A stretch of DNA of 58,824 nucleotides from Telluria sp. (lineage in GTDB: Bacteria; Pseudomonadota; Gammaproteobacteria; Burkholderiales; Burkholderiaceae_D), in contig DASWYE010000055.1 of the NCBI GenBank assembly GCA_036405115.1, positions 1-58,824 of the forward strand, given 5' to 3'. The notes beneath the pieces are model-generated. The model saw nothing but the letters and a program-made list of their open reading frames with translations, made no database searches and was not told where the DNA came from. The stretch's first letter is position 1, and every line of letters starts with the position of its first letter. Positions 1 to 10,808 of this stretch are shown here, piece by piece. The position numbers and the translations under genes are program-made.

Positions 1-761
1 TCATCTATCTGGGCAGCGTGGGCGAACTGAAGCAGGTCGCGCGAGCCGACGGCATGCTCGACATCGGCGCCGGCGTGACGCTGAACGAAGCCTATGCGGC
101 CGTGTGCGCGGATTACCCGCAGCTGGGCGAGATGTGGCAGCGCTTCGCCTCGCTTCCGATCCGCAACGCAGGGACGCTGGGCGGGAATATCGCCAACGGC
201 TCGCCGATCGGCGACTCGATGCCGTGGCTGATCGCGCTCGGCGCGCAGGTCGTGCTGCATGGCCCTGCCCGCCGGCGTGTGCTGGCGCTGGAAGATTTCT
301 ACCTCGGCTACCAGAAGAAGGACCTGCAGCCCGGCGAATTCGTGCGCGGGGTGCGCGTTCCGCTGCCGCGCGCCGGCGTGGTCTTCCGCACCTACAAGCT
401 GGCCAAGCGCTTCGACCAGGACATCTCGGCCGTGTGCGCCGCATTCGCGGTCGAGCTGGATGGCGAACGCGTCGGCGATGTGCGCATCGCGTTCGGCGGC
501 ATGGCCGCGACGCCCAAACGCGCGGCCGCTGCCGAAGCCGCGCTGCGCGGCCGCAGCTGGACCGAGGATGCGCTGCGCGAGGCGATGCAGGCCCTTGAAC
601 AGGACTACCAGCCGCTCAGCGACATGCGCGCCAGCGCCGGCTACCGGCTGCGCGCCGCGCGCAACCTGCTGCGCCGCTTCTGGCTGGAGACGCGAATCGA
701 CGCGCCGCTGCCGGAAAGCGCCGTGAATGCCTTCGCACGCACGGAAGGGGAGGCCGCGTGA
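1..761 (+). CDS. xdhA: Xanthine dehydrogenase small subunit (FAD-binding part), 5'-truncated by the window edge
   Basis: Motifs [33 protein letters not shown] and [12 protein letters not shown]. The frame is open from the window start, and the stop overlaps the xdhB GTG (GTGA). Confidence 0.95.
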   Translation, partial: IYLGSVGELKQVARADGMLDIGAGVTLNEAYAAVCADYPQLGEMWQRFASLPIRNAGTLGGNIANGSPIGDSMPWLIALGAQVVLHGPARRRVLALEDFYLGYQKKDLQPGEFVRGVRVPLPRAGVVFRTYKLAKRFDQDISAVCAAFAVELDGERVGDVRIAFGGMAATPKRAAAAEAALRGRSWTEDALREAMQALEQDYQPLSDMRASAGYRLRAARNLLRRFWLETRIDAPLPESAVNAFARTEGEAA

Positions 762-3085
762 ACCAGCCGACCGCCCCGGAACTTGCCGGCGCATGGGCCG
801 CCGTCGGCGTCGCCCGCCCGCATGAGTCGGCGTCCCTGCACGTGCTGGGCCAGGCCACCTACACCGACGATATTTCGGAAGTGCAGGGCACTCTGCATGC
901 CGCGCTCGGCCTGTCCCCCCGCCCGCATGCCCGTTTCAGTACGCTCGACCTGGATGCCGTGCGCGCCAGCCGTGGCGTGGTCGCCGTGTTCGCCGCCGCC
1001 GACATCCCCGGCCTGAACGACTGCGGCCCGATCATCCACGACGACCCGATCTTCGCGGATGGCCTGGTGCAGTACGTGGGCCAGCCGATGTTCATCGTGG
1101 TGGCCGATACCCACGACAACGCGCGCCGCGCTGCCCGCCTCGCAAAGGTGGATTACGAAGACCTGCCCGCGATCCTGACGCCGCAGGCCGCGCGCGCTGC
1201 GCAGTCGTTCGTGCTGCCGCCGATGAAGCTGGAGCGCGGCGATTGCCAGGCTGCCTTCGAGCGTGCGCCGCACAAGGTCAGGGGTGAGCTGCACGTGGGG
1301 GGGCAGGAGCAGTTCTACCTCGAAGGCCAGATCGCCTACGCCATCCCGCGCGAAGACAGCGGCATGCTGATCCAGTGCTCGACCCAGCACCCGAGCGAGA
1401 TGCAGCATGTGGTCGCGCACGCGCTCGGCCTGCATTCGCACCATGTCACGGTCGAATGCCGGCGCATGGGCGGCGGATTCGGCGGCAAGGAATCGCAATC
1501 GGCGCTGTGGTGCGCGGCCTCCGCCATTGCAGCCTTCAAGCTGAAGCGCCCGGTGAAGCTGCGTGCGGACCGGGACGACGACATGCTCGTCACCGGCAAA
1601 CGCCACTGCTTCCACTACGAATACGAAGTCGGCTACGACAGTGAGGGTCGCATCCTTGCCGCCAAAGTGGACATGGTGTCGCGCGCCGGCTATTCGGCCG
1701 ACCTGTCCGGCCCGGTGGCCACGCGCGCCGTCTGCCATTTCGACAATACCTACTACCTGTCCGACGTCGAGATCCGCGCAGCCTGCGGCAAGACCAATAC
1801 GCAGTCGAACACCGCGTTCCGCGGCTTCGGCGGTCCGCAGGGCGCCATCGCGATCGAATACATCATCGACGAGATCGCGCGCAATCTCGGCAAGGACCCG
1901 CTGGACGTACGGCGCAAGAATTTCTACGGACGGGACACCAATAATGTGACGCCGTATGGCCAGGTGGTGAGCGACAACGTGATCCACGAACTGGTCGCGC
2001 AACTGGAGCAGGGCAGCGCCTACCGCGCCCGCCGCCAGGCGATCGACGAGTTCAACCGGACCAGCCCCGTGCTGAAGAAGGGGCTGGCGCTCACTCCGGT
2101 CAAGTTCGGCATTGCATTCAACGTCACACACCTGAACCAGGCCGGCGCGCTGGTGCACGTGTACGTCGATGGCTCGGTGCTGGTCAACCACGGCGGCACC
2201 GAGATGGGGCAGGGCATCAACACCAAAGTGATGCAGTGTGTGGCGCACGAGCTTGGCGTGGACATGTCGCATGTGCGCATCAGCGCGACCGATACCAGCA
2301 AGGTCGCGAATACCTCGGCCACCGCAGCCTCCACCGGTGCCGACCTGAATGGCAAGGCTGCTCAGGATGCGGCGCGCAAGATCCGCCAGCGGCTCGCGGA
2401 ATTCGCGGCGACGATGTACGGCGGCGATGCTGCCGGCGTGCGCTTCGCCGGCGACGCGGTACATGCCAACGGCACCACCATCGGCTTCCCGGAACTGGTC
2501 CAGAAGGCCTACCTGGCCCGTGTCCAGCTCTGGTCCGACGGCTTCTATGCGACACCAGGGCTGCACTGGAATCCGAAAACGATGAACGGCAACCCGTTCT
2601 CTTATTACGCCTACGGCGCCGCGGTCGCGGAAGTCGTGGTCGATACGCTCACCGGCGAATGGAAGCTGCTGCGCGCCGACGTCCTCTACGATGCCGGCCG
2701 CTCGCTGAACCCGGCCATCGATATCGGGCAGGTCGAAGGCGCCTTCATCCAGGGCATGGGCTGGCTCACCACCGAAGAACTGTGGTGGAACGGCGACGGC
2801 AAGCTGATGACGCACGCGCCATCCACCTACAAGATCCCGGCGATCTCTGACTGCCCGCGCGACTTCCGCGTGGCCCTGTTCGATAACGCCAACGCCACCG
2901 ATTCGATCCACCGTTCCAAGGCGGTAGGGGAGCCGCCACTGCTGCTGCCGTTCTCGGTGTTCTTCGCAATCCGCGATGCGGTGTCCGCGGTGGGCGGCCA
3001 CAAGGTCAATCCACCGCTGAACGCGCCGGCGACCTGCGAAGCCATCCTGGACGCCATCGCCGCGGTCGAGGGCGGAGCCGCGTGA
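758..3085 (+). CDS. xdhB: Xanthine dehydrogenase molybdopterin-binding subunit
   Basis: Motifs [37 protein letters not shown] and SKAVGEPP; 775 aa. Confidence 0.97.
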   Translation: MNQPTAPELAGAWAAVGVARPHESASLHVLGQATYTDDISEVQGTLHAALGLSPRPHARFSTLDLDAVRASRGVVAVFAAADIPGLNDCGPIIHDDPIFADGLVQYVGQPMFIVVADTHDNARRAARLAKVDYEDLPAILTPQAARAAQSFVLPPMKLERGDCQAAFERAPHKVRGELHVGGQEQFYLEGQIAYAIPREDSGMLIQCSTQHPSEMQHVVAHALGLHSHHVTVECRRMGGGFGGKESQSALWCAASAIAAFKLKRPVKLRADRDDDMLVTGKRHCFHYEYEVGYDSEGRILAAKVDMVSRAGYSADLSGPVATRAVCHFDNTYYLSDVEIRAACGKTNTQSNTAFRGFGGPQGAIAIEYIIDEIARNLGKDPLDVRRKNFYGRDTNNVTPYGQVVSDNVIHELVAQLEQGSAYRARRQAIDEFNRTSPVLKKGLALTPVKFGIAFNVTHLNQAGALVHVYVDGSVLVNHGGTEMGQGINTKVMQCVAHELGVDMSHVRISATDTSKVANTSATAASTGADLNGKAAQDAARKIRQRLAEFAATMYGGDAAGVRFAGDAVHANGTTIGFPELVQKAYLARVQLWSDGFYATPGLHWNPKTMNGNPFSYYAYGAAVAEVVVDTLTGEWKLLRADVLYDAGRSLNPAIDIGQVEGAFIQGMGWLTTEELWWNGDGKLMTHAPSTYKIPAISDCPRDFRVALFDNANATDSIHRSKAVGEPPLLLPFSVFFAIRDAVSAVGGHKVNPPLNAPATCEAILDAIAAVEGGAA

Positions 3086-4098
3086 TGGACGAGTGGCTGC
3101 AAGCGACAGCGGCAGGTCCGTTTGTCGCGGTCACGGTGGCTGCGGCCGAGGGTTCGGTCCCGCGCGAGCCTGGTGCTGCCATGCTGGTCGGCGCCTCGCA
3201 CCTGTCCGGCACGATCGGTGGCGGTCACCTCGAACTGCGCGCGATCGACATTGCGAGGGAAATGCTCGCCGATGGCCGCGAGCGCCACATGGAGCGCTTC
3301 GCGCTCGGGCCGGGCCTGGGCCAGTGCTGCGGCGGGGTCGTCCACCTTGCATTCGATGTGGTTGCCAGCGAACAGTCGCAGGGCCTGGGCGCGCGGCCGA
3401 ATGTAGATACCTGGCGCATCTGCGCCTTCGATGGTGCACCGGATTGGGCGCTATGCGAAGCCAGTGGCGCGGTCCTGGCCGGAAGCGTGGCAGCGCCTGT
3501 GTTTGCCGCGTCGCGCGGCACGCATATGCTGCAGGAGCAGGACGGGCGCCGCTGGCTGGTGCACCATGTCGAAGCACCTCGCGCGCACCTGGTGCTGTTC
3601 GGCGCCGGACACGTGGGCACGGCGCTGGTCAGGGCACTGGCCCCGCTGCCCTGTACCATTACATGGGTGGACGAGCGCGAGGAGCTGTTCCCGGCCGCGG
3701 TACCGGCCAATGTGAGGGTCGAAGCGACCGATACTCCGGAGGCGGTAGTGGCGCAGGCGCCCGCGGGCGCGAGTTACCTCGTCATGACCCACAGCCACGC
3801 GCTGGACCAGCGGCTGGCGGAGGCGATCCTGTCGCGTCCCGTGGTCGGCTGGTTCGGCCTGATCGGTTCCAGGACAAAACGTGTACAGTTCGAGCGCCGC
3901 CTGCTGGCACGCGGCATCGACGCAGGGCGAATCGGCGCCATGGCATGCCCGATCGGCGTGCCCGGTATCACCGGAAAGGCGCCGGCCGTGATCGCGGCCT
4001 CCGTCTGCGCGCAACTCCTGTCGGTATGGGAAGCGCAGGCGGCAGGCGCAATCGCCGGCGCGCCATCTGTCAGGCTGGTCGCCTCCGGCAGCACTTAA
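3082..4098 (+). CDS. xdhC: Xanthine dehydrogenase accessory protein XdhC
   Basis: Motifs GSVPRE, GTIGGG, LGQCCGG, LFGAGHVG, MTHSHALD and GLIGS. Overlaps the xdhB stop; start is GTG 3082 or ATG 3085. Confidence 0.93.
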   Translation: MMDEWLQATAAGPFVAVTVAAAEGSVPREPGAAMLVGASHLSGTIGGGHLELRAIDIAREMLADGRERHMERFALGPGLGQCCGGVVHLAFDVVASEQSQGLGARPNVDTWRICAFDGAPDWALCEASGAVLAGSVAAPVFAASRGTHMLQEQDGRRWLVHHVEAPRAHLVLFGAGHVGTALVRALAPLPCTITWVDEREELFPAAVPANVRVEATDTPEAVVAQAPAGASYLVMTHSHALDQRLAEAILSRPVVGWFGLIGSRTKRVQFERRLLARGIDAGRIGAMACPIGVPGITGKAPAVIAASVCAQLLSVWEAQAAGAIAGAPSVRLVASGST

Positions 4099-4115
4099 CA
4101 ACGGAATTACCTCAG

Positions 4116-5432
4116 ATGCAAAGAGCACACAACGTGCAGGCTTACCGGGCCAGCCTGCTGCACTTCAGCGCCGATCCGGCCTACACCGAGGAGGCGTACA
4201 CGTGGCACCAGGATGGCCTGCTGGTGGTCGAGGACGGCCGCGTGCGCGCCGCCGGCGACTACGACTCGCTCGTCCATGCGCTGCCGCCCGGCGTCACGGT
4301 GCGCGACTACCGCGGCAAGATCATCTCGCCCGGCTTCATCGACGCGCACGTGCATTATCCGCAGCTCGACATGATCGCCTCGCCCGCACCCGGACTGCTG
4401 CCATGGCTGGAAAGCTACACCTTCCCCACCGAGCGTAAGTTCGACGATCCCGCGCACGGCAGCGAGGTCGCCGAATTCTTCCTCGACGAACTGCTGCGCT
4501 GCGGGACCACCACCGCTGTTGTCTACTGCACCGTGCACCGCGAATCGGTCGATGCATTCTTCGAGGCTGCGCAGAAGCGCAACCTGCGCATGGCGGCGGG
4601 CAAGGTGCTCATGGACCGCAACTGCCCCGCCTTCCTGTGCGACACCGCGGAGCAGGGCGCGCGCGACACCGAGGAACTGATCGGCAAGTGGCACAACAAG
4701 GGCCGCGGCATGTACGCGATCACGCCGCGCTTCGCTCCCACCTCCACCGAGGCGCAGCTGCGCCTGGCCGGCGAGCTGGCCGCAGCTTATCCCGACACCT
4801 TCATCCAGACCCACGTCTCGGAAAACCCGGACGAATGCCGCTGGGTGCGCGAACTGTATCCGGACGCGCGCAGCTACCTGGGCGTCTACGAACACTTCGG
4901 CCTGATGCGCCCCCGCTCGCTGTTCGGCCACTGCATCTGGCTCGACGACGACGACTTTGCGGCTATCGCGGCGACCGGCTCCACCGCCGTCACCTGCCCG
5001 ACCTCCAACCTGTTCCTGGGCAGCGGCCTGTTCGATTTCGAGATGGCGACCCGGCACCGTGTACCGCTGGCGCTGGCGACCGACGTGGGGGCGGGCACGT
5101 CCTTCTCGATGTTGCAAACGATGAATGAAGCCTATAAAGTAGCGCGACTGAAAGGCAGCTACCTGCCAGCCATCCGCATGTTCTACCTGGCCACGCTCGG
5201 CGCTGCACGCAGCATGCAGCTCGAAGGCACGGTCGGCAGCTTCGCGCCCGGCGCGGAAGCCGACTTCGTGGTGCTCGATCCGCAATGCACGCCGCTGCTG
5301 GCACGCCGCAGCGCGCACTGCGACTCGCTTGAGGAACAGCTGTTCGCGCTGGCGCTGCTGGGTGACGACCGCGCAATCGCGGCGACCTACGCGGCCGGTA
5401 CGCTGGTCCACGAGCGCACACCAACGAACTGA
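4116..5432 (+). CDS. guaD: Guanine deaminase
   Basis: Motifs PGFIDAHVHYPQ, TPRFAPT, QTHVSEN, CPTSNLFLGSG and TDVGAGTS. The real start is ATG 4116; the ORF-track extension to 3093 only shadows xdhC. Confidence 0.95.
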   Translation: MQRAHNVQAYRASLLHFSADPAYTEEAYTWHQDGLLVVEDGRVRAAGDYDSLVHALPPGVTVRDYRGKIISPGFIDAHVHYPQLDMIASPAPGLLPWLESYTFPTERKFDDPAHGSEVAEFFLDELLRCGTTTAVVYCTVHRESVDAFFEAAQKRNLRMAAGKVLMDRNCPAFLCDTAEQGARDTEELIGKWHNKGRGMYAITPRFAPTSTEAQLRLAGELAAAYPDTFIQTHVSENPDECRWVRELYPDARSYLGVYEHFGLMRPRSLFGHCIWLDDDDFAAIAATGSTAVTCPTSNLFLGSGLFDFEMATRHRVPLALATDVGAGTSFSMLQTMNEAYKVARLKGSYLPAIRMFYLATLGAARSMQLEGTVGSFAPGAEADFVVLDPQCTPLLARRSAHCDSLEEQLFALALLGDDRAIAATYAAGTLVHERTPTN

Positions 5433-5442
5433 AAGACAAGCC

Positions 5443-6918
5443 ATGCAAAAGACATTGATCGGCCTGATGGTCGCGGCCGCGTTTGCGAGCAGCGCGCTGG
5501 CGGCTTCTCCCAAAGCCAACGAGGCCGCGACCGCCCGCCACTACGCGGAGCTGGTCAAGGCGCAGCCCAACCTGGCCGGCCTGACGATGTTCTTCACCCG
5601 CATGCCGAAGGGCGGCGACCTTCACCACCACTACTCCGGATCGATCTACGCCGAGCAGTACCTGGAGTGGGTCGACAAGATGGGCTACTGCGTCAACAAG
5701 CAGACCTACCGCATCGAGACCGACAAGGCGGTGGTCGAATCGCAGCGCGCACTGCCGGCGAAGGAACGCGTGTGCCTGTCGACCCAGGAGATGATCCGCG
5801 ACGACTACAGCTACCGCGAGATGCTGCAGCGCTGGTCCACCAAGGACTTCAACAACCACGGCGCGAACCAGCCGCCGCCGGACCGTGCCTTCTTCGAGAC
5901 CTTCGGCTACTTCGGCCCGGTGTCGAACTCGAACTTCAACGAAGGCCTGCGCACGCTGAAGCAGCGCGCGGTCGAGGAGAACGTCTCCTACATCGAGACC
6001 CAGTTCAAATCGGCCCCGCTGATCCAGGACACGGCGTGGGACGCGGCGGTGCTGCAGGCCGGCGTGGCCGGCGACGACAAGATGCTGGGCGACCACCTCG
6101 GCGCCTTCGCCGCGAAGCTGGAGCAGGACTCCGCCTTCAATGCCCGCGTCAACGATTTCGTCAACAACGTGAAGGCATCGAGCGCGGGCATCGACGACGC
6201 CAATTTCACGATGCGCTACCAGACCTACGTGCTGCGCCTGCTGCAGCCGTCGCAGGTGTTCTCGTCGATGCTGGGCGCGTTCAAGTCGGCGCGCCAGAGC
6301 GGCGGCCTGATCGTCGGCGTGAATATCGTCGGGGCCGAGAACACCGCGGTGTCGATGCGCGACTACGCCCTGCACATGAAGATGTTCCGCTTCCTGAAGG
6401 CGCAGTATCCGGAAGTGAAGACTTCGCTGCACGCCGGCGAGCTGTCGCTGGGCATGGTGCCGCCGGAAGGGCTGCGCTTCCACATCGACCAGGCCATTCA
6501 CGTGGCCGGCGCCGACCGCATCGGCCATGGCATCGACCTGGCGCACGAGCTGCGCGCGCCCGAGATCATGAAGGCGATGCGCGAGAAGGACATTCCGGTC
6601 GAGATCAACCTGACCAGTAACGAATTCATCAACGGTGTCAGCGGCCAGGACCATCCGATCCTGCTGTACCGCCGCTACGGCGTGCCGTTCGTGATTTCGA
6701 CCGACGATACCGGCGTCACCCGCCACACGCTCACAAAAGAATACGTGCTGTTCGCCAGCCGCTACCAGCCGAGCTACGCCGAAGTGAAGAAGGCCTCGTA
6801 CAATGGCATCCGCTACGCCTTCCTGCCGAAGGCGGACAAGGACCGCCTGACACGCCAGCTGGACCAGCGCTTCGCCAGGTTTGAAGCGGAAATGGCAGCG
6901 TTAGCTGCCCGGAAATAA
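5443..6918 (+). CDS. Secreted/periplasmic adenosine deaminase, ADA2/ADGF-like
   Basis: Sec signal MQKTLIGLMVAAAFASSALA, followed by RMPKGGDLHHH, LHAGE, RIGHG, EINLTSN and STDD deaminase motifs. Starts 10 bp after guaD. Confidence 0.85.
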   Translation: MQKTLIGLMVAAAFASSALAASPKANEAATARHYAELVKAQPNLAGLTMFFTRMPKGGDLHHHYSGSIYAEQYLEWVDKMGYCVNKQTYRIETDKAVVESQRALPAKERVCLSTQEMIRDDYSYREMLQRWSTKDFNNHGANQPPPDRAFFETFGYFGPVSNSNFNEGLRTLKQRAVEENVSYIETQFKSAPLIQDTAWDAAVLQAGVAGDDKMLGDHLGAFAAKLEQDSAFNARVNDFVNNVKASSAGIDDANFTMRYQTYVLRLLQPSQVFSSMLGAFKSARQSGGLIVGVNIVGAENTAVSMRDYALHMKMFRFLKAQYPEVKTSLHAGELSLGMVPPEGLRFHIDQAIHVAGADRIGHGIDLAHELRAPEIMKAMREKDIPVEINLTSNEFINGVSGQDHPILLYRRYGVPFVISTDDTGVTRHTLTKEYVLFASRYQPSYAEVKKASYNGIRYAFLPKADKDRLTRQLDQRFARFEAEMAALAARK

Positions 6919-6949
6919 CCTCGTCGTCCCGGCGACGTTGTAATGACAA

Positions 6950-6980
6950 ACGGCCGCGCAATGCGGCCGTCTTTCCTTTC
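6950..6980 (+). terminator. Probable intrinsic terminator of the xdh-guaD-ada operon
   Basis: Stem-loop ACGGCCGC-GCAAT-GCGGCCGT followed by CTTTCCTTTC. Confidence 0.65.
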
Positions 6981-7229
6981 GGGAAATGTTTGCTGGCGCA
7001 AGCTGTGGCCTGTGCGCGACACAATTTTGCCTTCTTCCCCACCTTTGCTGTTTTTGCCAATGAAAGGATTTCAGCAAACAGGTGCTCATTTATAATCTCG
7101 GCTGGCAGTCTCGACCATAAAAACGCTATATATCCGCGTATTTATATTCCCGCCGACTAAATTCTGAAGGGAAATCGTATTTGTCTCCTATGGCAGGCTC
7201 ATGCATAGTTGACAATCAGGTATTCCCTC

Positions 7230-7247
7230 GTGTCATGGCCTTGACAC
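7230..7247. promoter_or_regulatory. Palindromic candidate operator upstream of the Oar-type TBDT
   Basis: GTGTCA-N6-TGACAC inverted repeat in an AT-rich intergenic region, overlapping a TTGACA hexamer. Confidence 0.3.
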
Positions 7248-7352
7248 ATTGCAAAGCTAGAATCGCACAGCTCTAGCGTGGCCACGGTAGCAACACAGTA
7301 AAGCGGGCGTCTCCCGGCGCCCACCATAACAAGTCTTTTTTGGGGTTATACA

Positions 7353-10300
7353 ATGATCAGTCAAAAACGGATTCAGCTGACCAAGCTGGCGTTGGCGTTG
7401 TCCATCGCGCTCTCCGCAACGCCGTCGTTCGCACAGAACACCACTTCGGCCATCGGCGGCCGCATTTCGGCAGCCGACGGCAAGCCGGCGGCAGGTGCGA
7501 CGGTTTCCATCGTCCACACCGAATCGGGTTCCGTCAGCAACGTCGTCACCGATCCGAATGGCCGTTACGTCGCACGCGGCCTGCGCAGCGGTGGTCCGTA
7601 CACGATCATCATCACCAAAGACGGCGTCACCGAAAAGCGTGAAAACGTCTTCCTGCAGCTGGCTGAAACCGCTTCTGTGGACGCTACCTTGGGTGGCGCT
7701 GCGATCCAGACCGTGACGATCGCGGGCAGCGCCCAGCGTTCGGACGTCTTCTCGCGCAGCACCATGGGCGCGGGCACCAGCATCACCCCGACCGAACTGC
7801 AAGCGCACGCATCGATCAACCGTAACCTGCAGGACTATGCGCGTACCGACCCGCGCGTGTCGCAGACCGACAAGGAACGCGGCGAGATCTCCGTGGCCGG
7901 CCAGAACTCGCGCTTCAACAGCCTGACCATCGACGGCGTGGCCGTGAACGACACCTTCGGCCTGGAAGCAAACGGCAGCCCGACCGCCAAGCAGCCAATC
8001 TCGATCGAAGCGATCCAGTCGGTGCAGATCAACGTCGCCAACTACGACGTGACCCAGAAGGGCTACACCGGCGGCAACATCAATGCCGTCACCAAGTCCG
8101 GTACCAATAACTGGAAGGGCTCGCTGTACTACGTCTTCCGCGACGACAGCCTGGTCGGCGACCGCTTCAATACCCGTACTGAAGAATATTACGAAGTCGC
8201 ACCGTTCAAGGAAGACACCAAGGGCTTCACCCTCGGCGGCCCTATCCTGGAAGACAAGGTGTTCATCTTCGGTAACTACGAAGAGTTCTCGTCCTCGCGC
8301 TCGACCCCGACCTACGGTTCGATCGGCAGCCCGCTGACCAACGTCGGCATCACCCAGTCGGCCATCGCCGGCGCGCAGCAGATCGCACGCGACGAGTACG
8401 GCATGGACATCGGTAGCGAAGGCGTTCCTGCCGGCACCGAAATGATGGTCAAGGATTACCTGGTCAAGCTCGACTGGAACATCAACGACAACCACCGCGC
8501 CAACGTGCGCTTCTCGCGCACCGAGCAGGAAGAGCCGCAGTTCCGTGGCATCTCCCAGAGCGGCATCGCGCTGAGCTCGCACTTCTACCGCGACGTCAAG
8601 AAGATCGACACGATGGTCGGCGAATGGTTCGGCGACTGGACCCCGGACTTCTCGACTGAAGTAAAGCTGTCCAGCCGTAAGTATGACTCCGTGCCAGACA
8701 ACAACGCCCGCCTGCCAGCAATGGCCCTGCGTTTCGCTGGTGCCCTGCCTGACAACGCACCGGCCGGCCTGTCGACCGGTAACCGCTACCTGAACTTCGG
8801 TACCGAATACGCTCGCCAGAACAACGTGCTGGGCACCGACACCCTCGACGCCTACGCCGGCGCGACCTGGGTGCTCGGCCAGCACGAACTGAAGTTCGGT
8901 GCCGACTACAACAAGAACGAGGTATACAACGCCTACCTGCAGAACGTGTTCGGCGACTACACCTTCGGCTGCCGCGATACCAGCGCGACCTACTCGTACG
9001 AATTCAACGGTGGCGCATCGCTCCGCTGCTCCACCGCGACCAACGCGCAAGTTGAAGCGGCAGTGCTGGAAAACTTCCGTCGCGGCCGTCCAGAGACCTA
9101 CCGCGCACAGATCCCGGTCGAAGGCGGCACCCTGTCCGACGCGATCGCCCAGTTCTCGCTGGTCGACACCGGCGTGTTCTTCCAGGACACCTGGGAAGCG
9201 ACCTCGCAGCTGACCATCAACGCCGGCCTGCGCCTGGACTACTCGACCGTGAACGGCCGTCCGAAGCGTAACGACGCTGTGGCGCAGCCTACCGTGGCCG
9301 GCAACCCGGCCACCATGGCGCGCCAGACCGGCGGCTTTGGCCTCGACAACACCAATACCATCGACGGCACCAAGCTGTGGCAGCCGCGCTTCGGCTTCAA
9401 CTACCGCTTCGACCAGGAACGCGCTTCCCAGCTGCGTGGCGGCATCGGCCTGTTCCAGGGCGCGGCGATGTCGGTGTGGATGTCGAACCCGTTCTCGAAC
9501 CCTGGCGTGGCAACCCGCAACATCAGCTGCTCGGGTACCTCGTCGTCGTCCTGCCCGACTACCGATGGCTTCTTCACCGGCAATCCGGACAGCCCACCGA
9601 CCATCGCGTCGGCGGTCCCGGCAGCCAACGTCGACATCCTCGACCCGTCGTTCGAACAGCCGTCGGTGTGGAAAGCCAACATCGCGTTTGACACCGAACT
9701 GCCATGGTACGGCCTGACCTTCAGCACCGAATACCTGCGCACCCAGAACAAGGCAGCGATTTACTACGAGCACCTGAACCTGGGCACCCCGAGCCGTATC
9801 GGCCCGGACGGCCGCCAGATGTTCTACAACGCAGCAGGTTACAACCCTGAATGCTGGAACGAGTTCGGCAATGTCCAGACCAGTGTCTGCACTGGCGCCA
9901 CCCGCGTCACCAACCGCGCGCTGTCGAACCTGGCGTACGACCGTGTGCTGAACGCCAAGACCACCGACAAGGGTGCAGCGAACATCATCACCATGTCGCT
10001 GTCGCGTCCAATGTCGAAGGGCTTCGGCTGGCGCATGTCGTACACCTTCACCGACGCCACCGAAGTGTCGCCGCTGACTTCGTCGACCGCGAACTCGAAC
10101 TGGGCTGGCCGTGCAGTCTTCAATCCAAACGAAGACACCGTCGGCAAGTCGGGCTATGCAGTGAAGGACCGCCTGAACGCGTCCGTCACCTGGCAGAAGG
10201 CATTCTTCGGCAAGTACAAGTCCTCGGTTGGCGTGTTCTACGAAGGCCGTTCGGGCAAGCCGTACAGCTGGACGTTCGAGAACGACATGAACGGCGACGG

Positions 10301-10784
10301 CACCTCGGGCAACGACCTGATGTTCATCCCGTCCGCGTTCGGTTCGGGTGAAGTCGTGTTCTACGGCGACACCGCAACCTCGCACACCAACGAAGAGCGC
10401 TTCTGGCAGTTCATCAACGAGAACAAGCTGGGCAAATTCGCCGGTGGCGTAGCCGAGCGTAACTCGTCGAACTCGCCTTGGACCAACTCGTTCGACCTGC
10501 GCCTGAGCCAGGAAGTACCAGGCTTCATGAGCGGCCACAAGGGTACCTTCGTGCTCGACTTCATGAACGTTGGCAACATGCTCAACAAGCGTTGGGGCCG
10601 TATCAACGAAGTGGGCTTCAGCTCGGGTGGCGGTTTCCCGCGCAGCTTCGTGAACTACGCTGGTATCACTGCTGACAACAAGTACGTCTACGCTGTCGAC
10701 AACACCGTGGAAGAGCTGGTGCTGAAGCAGAACAAGGGCGAATCGCAGTGGGCCATCCAGGCTACCCTGCGCTACGAGTTCTAA
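7353..10784 (+). CDS. Oar-type TonB-dependent outer-membrane transporter with an N-terminal carboxypeptidase-regulatory-like domain
   Basis: Signal peptide; N-terminal Ig-like domain (GRYVARGLRSGGPYTI); plug motifs IDGV, GGNINAVTKSGTN and QPRFGFNY; C-terminal RYEF; 1143 aa. Confidence 0.93.
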   Translation: MISQKRIQLTKLALALSIALSATPSFAQNTTSAIGGRISAADGKPAAGATVSIVHTESGSVSNVVTDPNGRYVARGLRSGGPYTIIITKDGVTEKRENVFLQLAETASVDATLGGAAIQTVTIAGSAQRSDVFSRSTMGAGTSITPTELQAHASINRNLQDYARTDPRVSQTDKERGEISVAGQNSRFNSLTIDGVAVNDTFGLEANGSPTAKQPISIEAIQSVQINVANYDVTQKGYTGGNINAVTKSGTNNWKGSLYYVFRDDSLVGDRFNTRTEEYYEVAPFKEDTKGFTLGGPILEDKVFIFGNYEEFSSSRSTPTYGSIGSPLTNVGITQSAIAGAQQIARDEYGMDIGSEGVPAGTEMMVKDYLVKLDWNINDNHRANVRFSRTEQEEPQFRGISQSGIALSSHFYRDVKKIDTMVGEWFGDWTPDFSTEVKLSSRKYDSVPDNNARLPAMALRFAGALPDNAPAGLSTGNRYLNFGTEYARQNNVLGTDTLDAYAGATWVLGQHELKFGADYNKNEVYNAYLQNVFGDYTFGCRDTSATYSYEFNGGASLRCSTATNAQVEAAVLENFRRGRPETYRAQIPVEGGTLSDAIAQFSLVDTGVFFQDTWEATSQLTINAGLRLDYSTVNGRPKRNDAVAQPTVAGNPATMARQTGGFGLDNTNTIDGTKLWQPRFGFNYRFDQERASQLRGGIGLFQGAAMSVWMSNPFSNPGVATRNISCSGTSSSSCPTTDGFFTGNPDSPPTIASAVPAANVDILDPSFEQPSVWKANIAFDTELPWYGLTFSTEYLRTQNKAAIYYEHLNLGTPSRIGPDGRQMFYNAAGYNPECWNEFGNVQTSVCTGATRVTNRALSNLAYDRVLNAKTTDKGAANIITMSLSRPMSKGFGWRMSYTFTDATEVSPLTSSTANSNWAGRAVFNPNEDTVGKSGYAVKDRLNASVTWQKAFFGKYKSSVGVFYEGRSGKPYSWTFENDMNGDGTSGNDLMFIPSAFGSGEVVFYGDTATSHTNEERFWQFINENKLGKFAGGVAERNSSNSPWTNSFDLRLSQEVPGFMSGHKGTFVLDFMNVGNMLNKRWGRINEVGFSSGGGFPRSFVNYAGITADNKYVYAVDNTVEELVLKQNKGESQWAIQATLRYEF

Positions 10785-10808
10785 GCTGATTAGCATTCGC
10801 GCAACATG

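Noticed and set aside
3093-4115. Apparent 340-aa N-terminal extension or fusion on guanine deaminase
   Set aside because: It is an Arg/Gly-rich off-frame read of xdhC; GuaD homology starts at ATG 4116. The same artefact extends deoC (33753), deoA (37364), mmsA (44394), preT (46279) and the ureidopropionase (51291).
7191-7205. Possible sigma-54 promoter TGGCAGGCTCATGCA
   Set aside because: GG and GC are 9 nt apart, not the required 10.
7241-7263. TTGACA...TAGAAT as a perfect sigma-70 promoter
   Set aside because: The spacer is only 11 bp, so the two hexamers cannot belong to one promoter.
7257-10796. 1179-aa antisense ORF over the TBDT (likewise 641-3001, 10909-13824, 34907-37270 and other long minus-strand ORFs)
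   Set aside because: These mirror well-supported genes codon for codon. Strong GC3 bias removes antisense stops, and the translations show no recognisable motifs.
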